In this document: positions 1 through 8,803 of the stretch, piece after piece | Layout: the number at the start of each line of letters is the position of its first letter | Position numbering within the stretch: the first letter of the stretch is position 1 | DNA from: an uncultured Chloroflexia bacterium | Lineage (GTDB): Bacteria; Chloroflexota; Limnocylindria; QHBO01 | Direction: 5' to 3' | Assembly (NCBI GenBank): GCA_963760875.1 | Contig: CAVXEH010000003.1 | Span: 199,572 to 263,571, forward strand | DNA length: 64,000 bases | The notes under the pieces: model-generated | Seen by the model: only the letters and a program-made list of their open reading frames with translations | Told to the model about the DNA's origin: nothing | The model's database searches: none | Made by a program: the position numbers and the translations under genes

Positions 1-272
1 GCATGAGCGAGCTGGCGGACCGCCTCCTCCTGTCGCGCAGCGGTGCCACCCGCCTGGTTGATCGCCTGGAGATCGCCGGTCTGGTGCGGCGCGCCAGCTG
101 CGCGACGGATCGACGCGGCCTGTGGGCGCACCTGACCGATGCCGGCCGGAGCCGTCTTCGCGACGCCACGCCCACTCACCTGCAGGGCGTCTGCGAGCAC
201 TTCCTGGACCGCATCCCGTCCCGCGAGCTCGAGCGGCTGCGTCGCACGCTGGAGCGCGTCGTCGAGTCCTGA
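1..272 (+). CDS. MarR-family transcriptional regulator, C-terminal part (gene begins upstream of the window)
   Basis: The frame is open from the window edge. The winged-HTH recognition helix and wing (LSRSGATRLVDRLEIAGLVRR...TDRRGLWAHLTDAGR) is typical of MarR. Stop at 270-272. Confidence 0.55.
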   Translation, partial: MSELADRLLLSRSGATRLVDRLEIAGLVRRASCATDRRGLWAHLTDAGRSRLRDATPTHLQGVCEHFLDRIPSRELERLRRTLERVVES

Positions 273-356
273 CCGGGCACCCGTTTGTTCGCGGGCCGAG
301 GGCAAAGGCGAGAGGCAGGCTTTGTGCCTGCCTCTCGCCGATGAGCCCGTGACCCA

Positions 357-1400
357 TCAGCCGCCCGAGGCGGCCGGGGCTGGAGAGTTCGTCGGCACGC
401 GGATGCTCCAGGAATACTGGACCAGGCCGTCTCCGGTCAGCCAGAGCAGGTTGAATCCCTCGTCTCCACCGCTCGTGGAGTACAGGACGAATGGACCCTG
501 AACCTCAACGACGTCCGCGTAGCTTTCCGCAGGCTGATCAACGCCCAGGAGCCCTGCGATGCCGGACCGGCCATCGACCGGCGATTGGCCCACCATCGCA
601 TCGCCTTCCCACTGCCAGGCCCTGGCGTCCACGGCGAATGCGCCCGGCGTCGCAGCTCCGAGCCTGAGCACGATTGGACGCACGGGGGTGTAGATCGCCC
701 GTTGAAGGTTGGTAACCACGGTAGTTCCGCGTGCGGCGCCTGGAGCGGCCGTGGGGGTCGCACCAATCAGATACTCCGCTTCGACGAGCCCCTCCGATGA
801 CAGGTGCACAACCAGGGCTCCATTGAAGGTACCCTGGGATGAGGTCCAGGTGACGGCCGACGCCGCATACGGACCCTGGGTCAGGACCTGTGTGGTCCGA
901 GACAGGACCGTGCCCTGGCTGTGCCAGGCGGTCATGGCGGTGGCGACCTCCCCGCTCGTGGAATACGACACGATATCGCTGCCGTTGATCATGAAATGTA
1001 CGGCGGGCTGCGGAACGTAGAGACTCGCCGCCCGCTGTCCGGCGCCGTCGTTCCAGGCGGCGACCAGGGCATCCAGGACGACGGTGGCGCCCGACGCCGC
1101 CGGCGAGGCGGACGGCATCGGGGTCGGTGATGAGGATGGGTGGTTCGTGCCCACCAGGAGGCCTGCGCCACCGAGGAGGGCGATGGCGACGACGACGCCT
1201 GCCAGCCCGTAGCGAGTTGATCGCGGAATGTGCATTGCCATAGGGAGGAACCTCATCGGCCCCCAAAGGGGCTCGAGCTGCCTCGTGCGCGGAAGCTTCG
1301 CGCGGATGGTGTTCCGGACGGTTTCCGGCAAGACGGTGCTGCCCTCGGCGTTGTCGAGGTAGTCCTCCAGCTGGTCCGTGAAGTCGCCTCGGAGGTTCAT
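357..1400 (-). CDS. Membrane-anchored protein co-transcribed with an ECF sigma factor (putative anti-sigma factor with a large extracytoplasmic domain)
   Basis: Its start overlaps the stop of the upstream sigma gene by 4 nt (1397-1400). It has a roughly 60-aa cytoplasmic N-terminus, a single TM helix (GLAGVVVAIALLGGAGLLVG) and a Ser/Pro-rich linker. A roughly 250-aa exported domain rich in S/T/G/Y/W follows. No catalytic motif was recognised. Confidence 0.5.
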   Translation of the reverse strand: MNLRGDFTDQLEDYLDNAEGSTVLPETVRNTIRAKLPRTRQLEPLWGPMRFLPMAMHIPRSTRYGLAGVVVAIALLGGAGLLVGTNHPSSSPTPMPSASPAASGATVVLDALVAAWNDGAGQRAASLYVPQPAVHFMINGSDIVSYSTSGEVATAMTAWHSQGTVLSRTTQVLTQGPYAASAVTWTSSQGTFNGALVVHLSSEGLVEAEYLIGATPTAAPGAARGTTVVTNLQRAIYTPVRPIVLRLGAATPGAFAVDARAWQWEGDAMVGQSPVDGRSGIAGLLGVDQPAESYADVVEVQGPFVLYSTSGGDEGFNLLWLTGDGLVQYSWSIRVPTNSPAPAASGG

Positions 1401-1945
1401 GCCGTGCTTCGCTCCGTGTCGAGCCGCGCGTTCGCCTCAATTGCGGCGCGCAGTTGGGTGAGTGCGTAGTGCATGCGGGACCGCACCGTACCGACCGGCG
1501 TATCCATCATCTCCGCCACCTCCCTGGCGCTCAGCCCCAAGTAGTGGACGAGGACAACGACCGCCCGGTGCTCGACGCTTAACGCTCGGAACGCCTCGTC
1601 GAGCTGGTCGCGGATCGCAACAAGGGCCGCGGGGTCGGGCAGTGTCGGCTCGTCATGCGGGAGGAGCCTGAGGGTGCCGCGATGACGTCGTTCGCGGCGA
1701 GCCTCGGCATAGCAGGCGTGAACCAGGAGCCGATGAACCCATGATTCGAACCGATCCGGGTCCCGCAGTCGTGGCAGGGTCCGCCAGGCCTCGAGCAGAG
1801 CTCGCTGCGCCGCGTCCTCCGCGAGCTGCCGGTCGCGGAGGATCCGGCAGGCAACGGAGTACAGGCTGTCCCCGATGCGCCCGACCAGCTGGTCGAACGC
1901 GCCTTCGTCGCCGTGCATCGCTCGCTCGACGAGCCTCCGCTCCAA
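1397..1945 (-). CDS. RNA polymerase sigma-70 factor, ECF subfamily
   Basis: Sigma region 2 (FDQLVGRIGDSLYSVACRIL...DAAQRALLEAWR) and region 4 (LSVEHRAVVVLVHYLGLSAREVAEMMDTPVGTVRSR). It is translationally coupled to the downstream membrane protein. Confidence 0.85.
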   Translation of the reverse strand: MERRLVERAMHGDEGAFDQLVGRIGDSLYSVACRILRDRQLAEDAAQRALLEAWRTLPRLRDPDRFESWVHRLLVHACYAEARRERRHRGTLRLLPHDEPTLPDPAALVAIRDQLDEAFRALSVEHRAVVVLVHYLGLSAREVAEMMDTPVGTVRSRMHYALTQLRAAIEANARLDTERSTA

Positions 1946-2305
1946 GACGTACCCCTTGTATGTCCACGATCCCCAGTTAGCGGAGGACCGGTTCAGAAAG
2001 GAAGGGTCACGGAACTGGCAAATCGTTCAATTCGCGGGAGCCGCTGAGCGCCGTAGCCGGCCCCTAATCCCTTGGCGCCCTGCGTCACGTCGAAAATACC
2101 GCGGCCCAGAAGGCTCCGTTCCGGATGACCCGGATCATCACGAGTCGGACTTCCGCGGGGGTTCGGCTTCCGGTCCGCCAATATCCCCGGCACGGTTGAC
2201 CCTCCCGGGGCCCGGTGCTACCGTTCGGCGTCCTATGGACGCCGGCCTCGTTTCAGCGACCCCGTCGAACGGTCGTGTCCGGGCCAGGCTCCGGGCGGAG
2301 CGCCC

Positions 2306-2794
2306 ATGAGCCACCCTATCCTCGAGGAGCGTCCGCTGGAGCACGGCGACGCCCTCAACCTCGTTCGCCAGGCCATCGCCGAGGCGCCCGGGCTCGAGGC
2401 GGCCGCCCAGCGTGCCGTCGAGGAGCTCCACGAGCGGTTCCCGCACTACGACTGGATCGGGCTCTACTGGGTGGAGGGCAGCGACCTGGTCCTGGGCCCG
2501 TGGATAGGCCCCGAGGCGACGGAGCACACCCGCATCCCCATCGGGGTCGGGATCTGCGGGGCAGCCGCGGCATCGGGCCAGACGGAGATCGTCGATGACG
2601 TCGACGCCGATGAGCGCTACCTCGCCTGCTTCGCCACCACCCGCAGCGAGATCGTGGTGCCCATCCTGGCGGAGGGCACCGTCGTGGGCGAGATCGATAT
2701 CGACGGATCGGACCCCGCCGCCTTCGACGACACGGATCGCCGCTTCCTGGAGGAGATCGCCGCCCTCCTTGCCCCCTTGCGGCCGCGCGCCTGA
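2306..2794 (+). CDS. GAF domain protein (free methionine-(R)-sulfoxide reductase-like)
   Basis: Single GAF fold of 162 aa with a conserved Cys region (IGVGICGAAAASGQTEIVDDVDADERYLAC...EIVVPI). This resembles the fRMsr/MsrC family. Confidence 0.65.
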   Translation: MSHPILEERPLEHGDALNLVRQAIAEAPGLEAAAQRAVEELHERFPHYDWIGLYWVEGSDLVLGPWIGPEATEHTRIPIGVGICGAAAASGQTEIVDDVDADERYLACFATTRSEIVVPILAEGTVVGEIDIDGSDPAAFDDTDRRFLEEIAALLAPLRPRA

Positions 2795-2845
2795 GCGGCC
2801 GAGCGCGCACGCCGGGCGATCACCTGTAACCGCTCGCGTACGAGG

Positions 2846-3421
2846 GTGGGAATGGCCAGCAGACCGGACCGTCCCTCGGCGACGCCTGCCCCGGACGGCC
2901 CCGCTCGTGGCCGCTTCGAGGAGATCTATGACGCGCAGGTGGTGCCGATCTATCGCTTCATCTACTCGCGTGTCGGCAATCGGCCGGACGCGGAGGACCT
3001 CACCGCCCAGGTGTTCCTGCGCGCGGTGGAGGCCCTTGACACGACCCGTGACGACGCGCAGATCGCCAGCTGGCTGTACCGGGTGAGCCAGAACGCGATC
3101 GCCGACCACTGGCGGGCCTTCTATCGCCTTCCGGTGGTGGCCGCCGACGAGGTCGCGCCGGGCTGGGAACCGGTGGACACCACGGAGCCGATGACCTCCG
3201 CGCCGGAGCCTGCGTCCGATGCTCCCGCTCGGGGCCGCGTCGCCGCCCTGCTTGCACGCCTCCCCGAGAACTACCGGCGCGTCCTCGAGCTGCGGTTCAT
3301 CGAGCGCCTTTCCGTGGCGGAGACCGCCGAGCACATGGGCATCAGCCGAGGCAACGCCAAGGTGCTCCAGTACCGGGCCCTGCGCCGCGCCGCCGTCCTG
3401 GAGGAGGGGGCCGATGGCTGA
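2846..3421 (+). CDS. RNA polymerase sigma-70 factor, ECF subfamily
   Basis: Region 2 (FEEIYDAQVVPIYRFIYSRVGNRPDAEDLTAQVFLRA) and region 4 (LPENYRRVLELRFIERLSVAETAEHMGISRGNAKVLQYRALRR). Its stop overlaps the downstream start by 8 nt. Confidence 0.85.
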   Translation: MGMASRPDRPSATPAPDGPARGRFEEIYDAQVVPIYRFIYSRVGNRPDAEDLTAQVFLRAVEALDTTRDDAQIASWLYRVSQNAIADHWRAFYRLPVVAADEVAPGWEPVDTTEPMTSAPEPASDAPARGRVAALLARLPENYRRVLELRFIERLSVAETAEHMGISRGNAKVLQYRALRRAAVLEEGADG

Positions 3422-4241
3422 CCGACCGCGCGACCCGCAGCTCGAGCTGGAGTCCGCCGATCGCTTCGACCGCTACCTCGACGCGCTGGTCGCGAACCGT
3501 CGCCCCTCGCCCGAGGATGTCGCCGCTGCGGACGAGGCCGAGATGGCGCGCGCCGCCGCCGAGCTGGCGGGCGCCACCGGCAGCGGGCGGGACCCGGACC
3601 CAGCGTTCGTCGAACAGCTGCGCCTGCGGATGCGCCAGGCTGATGCCGGGATCGCCGCCGTGCGCGACACGCCGCCGCGCATCCCGGAGACGGCGGCCGG
3701 CCCCGCCGATCCCGTCATGGGGCGGATCCGGCTGACGCGCCGCGCCCTGCTGCAGGCCGGCGTCGGGGCTGCCGCCGGTCTCGCCGCCGGTGCGCTGGGT
3801 ATGGCGGCGCTGCGCGGACCGGCCGGCACCGCCGGAGGCGGGCTGCTGGGCGGAGCGTCGCCGCTCATCGGGGGCGAGGGATTCTGGCAGGCGGTGACCA
3901 CCACCGCGGACCTGCCCGTCGGAGGCGCCGTGCGCTTCCAGACTGCGGCGTTCGACGGCTACGTCGTCAACGACGGGGGCGACATCCGCGCCCTGTCATC
4001 GGTCTGCACCCACATGGGCTGCACCCTGCACTACCGCCCGGACTGGCACGACCTGCGCTGTCCGTGCCACGGTGCGAGCTTCGACCTCAACGGAGAGCTG
4101 GCGAACGGTCGCGGCCGATGGAGCAAGAGCGGCGGCTATGCGGGAGACGCCCAGGCCTATCCGATCGCCCTGCCGCCGCTGGCCCGGCCGAAGGTCAAGG
4201 TCGCCGACGGCACGGTCTACGTCTGGACCGCCCAAATCTAG
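3414..4241 (+). CDS. Anti-sigma-factor-like membrane protein with a C-terminal Rieske [2Fe-2S] domain
   Basis: The ATG at 3414 overlaps the sigma-factor stop (ATGGCTGA). It has a roughly 95-aa N-terminal cytoplasmic domain. A twin-arginine-like motif and TM helix follow (TRRALLQAGVGAAAGLAAGALG). The C-terminus carries Rieske box I CTHMGC and box II CPCHGA. The upstream part of track ORF 3219..4241 lies in a different frame over the sigma gene and is rejected. Confidence 0.65.
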   Translation: MADRPRDPQLELESADRFDRYLDALVANRRPSPEDVAAADEAEMARAAAELAGATGSGRDPDPAFVEQLRLRMRQADAGIAAVRDTPPRIPETAAGPADPVMGRIRLTRRALLQAGVGAAAGLAAGALGMAALRGPAGTAGGGLLGGASPLIGGEGFWQAVTTTADLPVGGAVRFQTAAFDGYVVNDGGDIRALSSVCTHMGCTLHYRPDWHDLRCPCHGASFDLNGELANGRGRWSKSGGYAGDAQAYPIALPPLARPKVKVADGTVYVWTAQI

Positions 4242-4261
4242 GGTCCGGCCCCTCCGGCCCC

Positions 4262-4471
4262 TCAGCCGCCGGTGATCCAGAGCAGCAGGTACTGGATCAC
4301 GTAGGGGATGGCGAAGAACGCGAGGATGGCGAGCAGCACCAGGCCGATGTAGATCGCCAGGCGCATGTCCGGCGCGCCCTGGCGCTCGGGCGGCGGATCG
4401 GTCCGGTAGGGCAGGTGGCTGGGCCGATGGGGCGGCTGGTGCTCGTACGGGTGCTGCTTGAGGTCCGGCAC
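4262..4471 (-). CDS. Small membrane protein (69 aa)
   Basis: It starts 4 nt after the stop of the transketolase-like gene. It has a Pro/His-rich N-terminus and one strong TM helix (LAIYIGLVLLAILAFFAIPYVIQYLLLWI). Confidence 0.4.
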   Translation of the reverse strand: MPDLKQHPYEHQPPHRPSHLPYRTDPPPERQGAPDMRLAIYIGLVLLAILAFFAIPYVIQYLLLWITGG

Positions 4472-4474
4472 CGC

Positions 4475-6844
4475 TCAGCCGCCGCGCTCGACGTCCGCGA
4501 CCACGCTCCTCAGGCGCGCCAGCCGGGCGTCGCGGTCCGCGGCATAGCGCTCGATTCCGGCCAGGATGTGCTCCGGGCCCAGGTGTGCCTCGTCCATCAC
4601 CTCGTCGACCGTCCCGCCGGTCCGCCAGCGGTCGTCCCAGTCGGACGACAGCGAGTAGTCCGCGGCGATGGGCCCCTCCACCCAGTCGCGCATCAGCTTG
4701 AAGGCCCCGTTGGTGATGGCCATCCCGCTGAGGCGATCCGCGTCGGAGCAGATCCGCTCGCGATACGCCGCGTCCTGCCGGTGGAAGAGCTGGGGGCTGA
4801 CCGCGGCAACGATCCGGACGTTGATGCCCCGCGCGTGGAGCTCGGGAAGGATCTTCACCACGTTGGCGGTGGTCACCGTGCCGCGCACGTACACCGTTCC
4901 GGCCACGGGCCGATCCGGGTCCGCGTCGCGGATCAGGTACGCACCGCGGGCCGCGTCGAAATGCGAGGCCATGCCCAGCGCGGCACGGTCCGGGATCTCC
5001 ACGGACGGCCGGGTGAGGTGCAGCGCCACGATGGGCACGTCCGTCGCCAGGGCGGCGGCCAGCATCACCGGCACCTCGTTGTACTCCCACGGGTGCAGGT
5101 CGATGACGTGGCCCTCGGGGAAGAGCTGGGTCACGCCGGTGGCGAAGATGCCGAAGTGGGTCCGTGAGTCCTCCGCCGTCTCCGGCCCGGAGTGCCCCGC
5201 GACCCAGATCACCTTGCCCAGCTTGAGCTGGGTGTCCTGGGCCAGCTGGCTGAAGAGGCGCAGCGGGCCGTACTTGAGGTAGCTGAACGAGCCGTACGTG
5301 GAGCAGGCGCCCCAGAACCCGTTAAAGGTCGCCATCGGGTCATCCGCCAGGTTGACCGTGGCCAGCCCGGCCATGAGGCCGGCGTTGGTGAACTCGGTGA
5401 TCTCCTGCGGCAGGAGCGTGCCGCGCGGGTTCGTCTCGCGGTCGTACCAGCCCCAGCCGGGCATGCCCTCGTAGTCCTTGGCGAAGCCCGCGATGTTCGT
5501 GGACTCCGCGAGGTCCGCGCTGCAGGCGATGACCAGCGGCCGTCCGTACTCCTCGCGGGCGAAGGCGTTGAGCCAGGCACCCCAGCTGGCCAGTGCGGCG
5601 CGGTTGGGGGCCTTCTCGCCGGGCTTCTTCCACAGGGACTCGGGATAGGCGTGCACGTCGGTGATCCGGGGATCGCGGAAGATCTCCGCTCCGTGACCGC
5701 CCAGGTGGAAGCCTTCCACGGTCTCCGGCACCGATGCCGCGATCTCCACGAGCCGGTCGCTGATGGCATCCACGACCTGGATGTTCGAGCGGAGGACGCC
5801 CATGGCGACCTCGAAGTTGTGGCGAGCCTGCGCGTCGCGCTCCGCCGGGTCCGAGGGCGCCGGCTGATCGACGCCGGCGTACTCGACGCCGTGGCGGGCC
5901 ATGAACTCCTTGCGAACCGCCCAGAACTCCGGGGCGTTCATGGGCCACGGCGAGCCGTGGCTCTTGTTGTCGTACTTGCCGTAGCCACGCCCCTTGCGGG
6001 TCCTGAACCACGCCATGGAGGGAACCCCGCGCGGGTTCTCGCCGCGGGCCGCCTCCAGCACCGCGCGCGTCACGGGCTCCCATTCGGAGCCGGACCCGGT
6101 GCCGGTCACGCGCCAGTCGTAGGCGCCGAACCAGGATTCCGGGGTGCCGGGCACAACCCGGCTGATGGGCGTGTCGTCGATCCCGAAGTCGTTCCAGTCG
6201 ATGAGGAAGACCAGGTTCGACAGGCCCAGGCCCCAGGCCGTGTTGCGCGTCTCGTGGCTGGCCCCGGGGGTCAGCCCGCCCTCGCCCTCCACGGCGAAGA
6301 CCTTGACCTCCTCGCAGCCGGCCAGCTTGAGGGCAATGGCCTCGCCCGCGGCCGGCGGCATGCCATGGCCGGAGGGGCCGGTGTTGAACTTGAGGAAGAG
6401 GGTCTTGCCCTCCATCTCGGCGTGGCCGGCCAGCCCGCCACGATGGCGCAGTCCCAGCAGGTCCTCCCAGGTCAGCGCCCAGCGGCCGTCATCGGGGAAG
6501 GCGAACGCCTCGCGCGGGTCACGCTCGTGGCGCGCGCGGAGCACCTCGTTGAGGACGGCCAGGGTGGTGTAGACCAGGGGCACGGTGTGGCCGGCGGACA
6601 GCACGAAGCGGTCCGCGAACGGCCGCCACGGGCGGCGGATGTCCCAGCGCATGGCTCCGGAGAGGAGCAGCGACAGGAACAGGTGGACCTTGGAGCGCGA
6701 GCCGCCGGGATGGCCCGACTGGCGGTAGTTGAGCGAGAGGTCGATGGCCTCGTCGATCACCTCGCGGACCAGGTCCCAGTGCTCGAACGACGGCGCGGCC
6801 TCTTCCAGGAGCCGCTCCACCGTGTCGGGGCGGGTCGCCGTCAT
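4475..6844 (-). CDS. Transketolase-family thiamine-diphosphate enzyme (789 aa, long form)
   Basis: Transketolase N-terminal signature SGHPGGS...DRFVLSAGH. A GD..EG..E-like TPP/metal region is present (AVEGEGGLTPGASHETRNTAWGLGLSNLVFLIDWNDFG). Its start overlaps the aminotransferase stop (ATGA at 6841-6844). Confidence 0.7.
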   Translation of the reverse strand: MTATRPDTVERLLEEAAPSFEHWDLVREVIDEAIDLSLNYRQSGHPGGSRSKVHLFLSLLLSGAMRWDIRRPWRPFADRFVLSAGHTVPLVYTTLAVLNEVLRARHERDPREAFAFPDDGRWALTWEDLLGLRHRGGLAGHAEMEGKTLFLKFNTGPSGHGMPPAAGEAIALKLAGCEEVKVFAVEGEGGLTPGASHETRNTAWGLGLSNLVFLIDWNDFGIDDTPISRVVPGTPESWFGAYDWRVTGTGSGSEWEPVTRAVLEAARGENPRGVPSMAWFRTRKGRGYGKYDNKSHGSPWPMNAPEFWAVRKEFMARHGVEYAGVDQPAPSDPAERDAQARHNFEVAMGVLRSNIQVVDAISDRLVEIAASVPETVEGFHLGGHGAEIFRDPRITDVHAYPESLWKKPGEKAPNRAALASWGAWLNAFAREEYGRPLVIACSADLAESTNIAGFAKDYEGMPGWGWYDRETNPRGTLLPQEITEFTNAGLMAGLATVNLADDPMATFNGFWGACSTYGSFSYLKYGPLRLFSQLAQDTQLKLGKVIWVAGHSGPETAEDSRTHFGIFATGVTQLFPEGHVIDLHPWEYNEVPVMLAAALATDVPIVALHLTRPSVEIPDRAALGMASHFDAARGAYLIRDADPDRPVAGTVYVRGTVTTANVVKILPELHARGINVRIVAAVSPQLFHRQDAAYRERICSDADRLSGMAITNGAFKLMRDWVEGPIAADYSLSSDWDDRWRTGGTVDEVMDEAHLGPEHILAGIERYAADRDARLARLRSVVADVERGG

Positions 6845-8124
6845 CGGGCAGCCCCTGCCGAGACGAGCTCACCGGTCCGCTCAAGCTTCGCCAGCGACGC
6901 GCCGACGCGCTCCAGCGCCTTGCCCAGGTTCTCGCGCGAGTTGGCGTAGCTGAAGCGCAGGTACCCCTCGCCGTACGAACCGAACGCGGTCCCGGACAGG
7001 CCGCAGACGCCGGCGTCGTAGAGCAGGTGATCCGCGATCTCGTTGCTGGTGCGGCCGAAGCTCTTGACGTTGGGGAAGGCGTAGAACGCGCCGTGCGGCA
7101 TCACGCAGCTGACGCCGGGGATGGCGTTGAGCCCGTCCACGATCAGCGAGCGACGGGCGATGAACTCCGCGCGCATGGCATCGGCCGCGTCCTGCGGTCC
7201 GGTCAGCGCCGCGACGGCCCCGACCTGCGCGAAGGCGTTCGTGCAGCTCACGCTGTTGATCACCAGGCGGCTGAACGAAGGGACCAGCCATCCGGGCAGG
7301 ACACCGTAGCCCATGCGCCAGCCGGTCATGGCAAACGTCTTGGAGAAGCCGTCGAGGGTGATGGTCCGCTCGGCCATCCCCGGGAGCGTGGCGATGGAGA
7401 GCAGGCTGCCCTCGTACTGGAGCCGGCCGTAGATCTCGTCGGCAAGCACCACCAGGTCGTGCTCGATCGCGATGCGGGCGATCTCGCGGATGTCGTCGGG
7501 GCTGAGCGTCGAGCCGGTCGGGTTGTGCGGCGAGTTGAAGACGATGAGGCGGGTTCGGTCGGTCACCAGCGACTCGACCTCCGCCACGTCCATGCGGAAC
7601 TCGTTCTCCTCCCGGAGGGGTGCGGGAACCGGTGTGCCGCCGACGTAGCGGGCCATGCTCTCGTAGATCGGGAAGCCCGGGTTGGGGTAGATGACCTCGT
7701 CGCCCGGGTTGATGAGGGCGAGCATGGCGTAGAACATGATCGGCTTGGCGCCGGGCGTGACCACCACCTGCTCGGGGCTCGCATCGATCCCCTTCCAGCG
7801 CTTCACGTCTGCCGCGATTGCCTCGCGCAGCGGAGCGATCCCGGTGGCACCGGTGTAGTGGGTCATGCCCTCCTCGAGCACGGCGTGGGCCGCGGCCTCG
7901 GAGATGTGGCGGGGCGTGTCGAAGTCGGGCTCGCCGATCTCGAGGTGGATCACCTCGCGACCGGTCGCCTCCAGGGCTCGGGCGCGGGCGGCCGCCTCGA
8001 ATGCCGTCTCGGTTCCGATCAGGTCCATGCGGCTGGCAAGCTTCACGAACGGGTGCCTCCCCTGCACGGGTATGTCGTTGGTCGTTGGTCGATGGTCGTT
8101 CCGATGAGTGTACCGATGGTGCAC
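6841..8124 (-). CDS. Aspartate/aromatic aminotransferase, class I PLP-dependent
   Basis: GEPDFDTP, NSPHNPTG and the PLP-lysine box SKTFAMTGWRMGY. The true start may be a little downstream of 8124. Confidence 0.85.
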   Translation of the reverse strand: MHHRYTHRNDHRPTTNDIPVQGRHPFVKLASRMDLIGTETAFEAAARARALEATGREVIHLEIGEPDFDTPRHISEAAAHAVLEEGMTHYTGATGIAPLREAIAADVKRWKGIDASPEQVVVTPGAKPIMFYAMLALINPGDEVIYPNPGFPIYESMARYVGGTPVPAPLREENEFRMDVAEVESLVTDRTRLIVFNSPHNPTGSTLSPDDIREIARIAIEHDLVVLADEIYGRLQYEGSLLSIATLPGMAERTITLDGFSKTFAMTGWRMGYGVLPGWLVPSFSRLVINSVSCTNAFAQVGAVAALTGPQDAADAMRAEFIARRSLIVDGLNAIPGVSCVMPHGAFYAFPNVKSFGRTSNEIADHLLYDAGVCGLSGTAFGSYGEGYLRFSYANSRENLGKALERVGASLAKLERTGELVSAGAAR

Positions 8125-8175
8125 ACCGCACGCCGACCGCCATGGGTCCCGTCAGCGGCATGCCAATTGGGCCCA

Positions 8176-8206
8176 TTGCGGAAACGCTGAGCGGCGCTGC
8201 TATACT
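8176..8206 (+). promoter_or_regulatory. Candidate sigma-70-like promoter upstream of the HesB/IscA gene
   Basis: TTGCGG is followed 19 nt later by TATACT, about 65 nt before the ATG at 8271. GGAGAAG is 9 nt before the ATG. Confidence 0.25.
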
Positions 8207-8270
8207 TTCTGCAGCAACCACACCGCCAACCGTCGCCCGTATGGGCGCCGAGAGGAGAAGTCCGCAGCCC

Positions 8271-8696
8271 ATGACGATGTCCGAGACCACGCCGCAGGCG
8301 ATCCCCCAGACCGCCCCGGCCCCGGCCACCGAGCCGCTCGTCACGCTCACCGATGCCGCTGCCGCGAAGGTCACCGAGCTTCGCTCCCGCGAAGGCAAGA
8401 CCGACGCGCGCCTTCGACTCTTCGTGAAGAGCGGCGGCTGCTCAGGCTTCAGCTACGGGCTCGCCTTTGACGACCGCGTCGCCGATGACGACCGCGTCGA
8501 GGACCACGACGGCGTTCCCATCGTGATCGACGCGTTCAGCGCGCAGTACGTGGACGGCGCGGAGATCGACTACGTCGACTCGCTCATGGGCTCCGGGTTC
8601 GCGATCAACAACCCGAACGCCGTCTCCAGCTGCAGCTGCGGGCACTCGTTCAACACCGACGGATCGCCGGCACGCGCCGGCGGCTGCGCCCACTGA
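8271..8696 (+). CDS. HesB/IscA-family iron-sulfur cluster insertion protein (ErpA/SufA-like)
   Basis: A-type carrier motifs (FVKSGGCSGFSYGLAFD and CSCGHSF). RBS GAGAGGAGAAG upstream. The upstream part of track ORF 7818..8696 is rejected. Confidence 0.85.
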   Translation: MTMSETTPQAIPQTAPAPATEPLVTLTDAAAAKVTELRSREGKTDARLRLFVKSGGCSGFSYGLAFDDRVADDDRVEDHDGVPIVIDAFSAQYVDGAEIDYVDSLMGSGFAINNPNAVSSCSCGHSFNTDGSPARAGGCAH

Positions 8697-8719
8697 ACAG
8701 GGTCGAGCTCCGCGTCCGC

Positions 8720-8745
8720 AAGGCCCCGGCTTCGTCCGGGGCCTT
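8720..8745 (+). terminator. Stem-loop terminator candidate after the HesB/IscA gene
   Basis: Perfect 10-bp GC-rich hairpin (AAGGCCCCGG cttcgt CCGGGGCCTT), 24 nt after the stop. No clear U-tract, which is common in GC-rich genomes. Confidence 0.4.
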
Positions 8746-8803
8746 CGCGTACCGTGCGCATCCGGCCCGGGGCGGGCCCGCCAGCGCCGCATAATCTGCT
8801 ACC

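Noticed and set aside
3219-3413. N-terminal 65 codons of track ORF 3219..4241
   Set aside because: They lie in a different frame inside the sigma-factor gene. An internal ATG at 3414 gives the classic sigma-stop/anti-sigma-start overlap.
5192-6949. 585-aa plus-strand ORF opposite the transketolase-like gene, and the 505-aa alternative-frame ORF 6881..8398 over the aminotransferase
   Set aside because: These are shadow or alternative frames of genes with clear TPP and PLP motifs.
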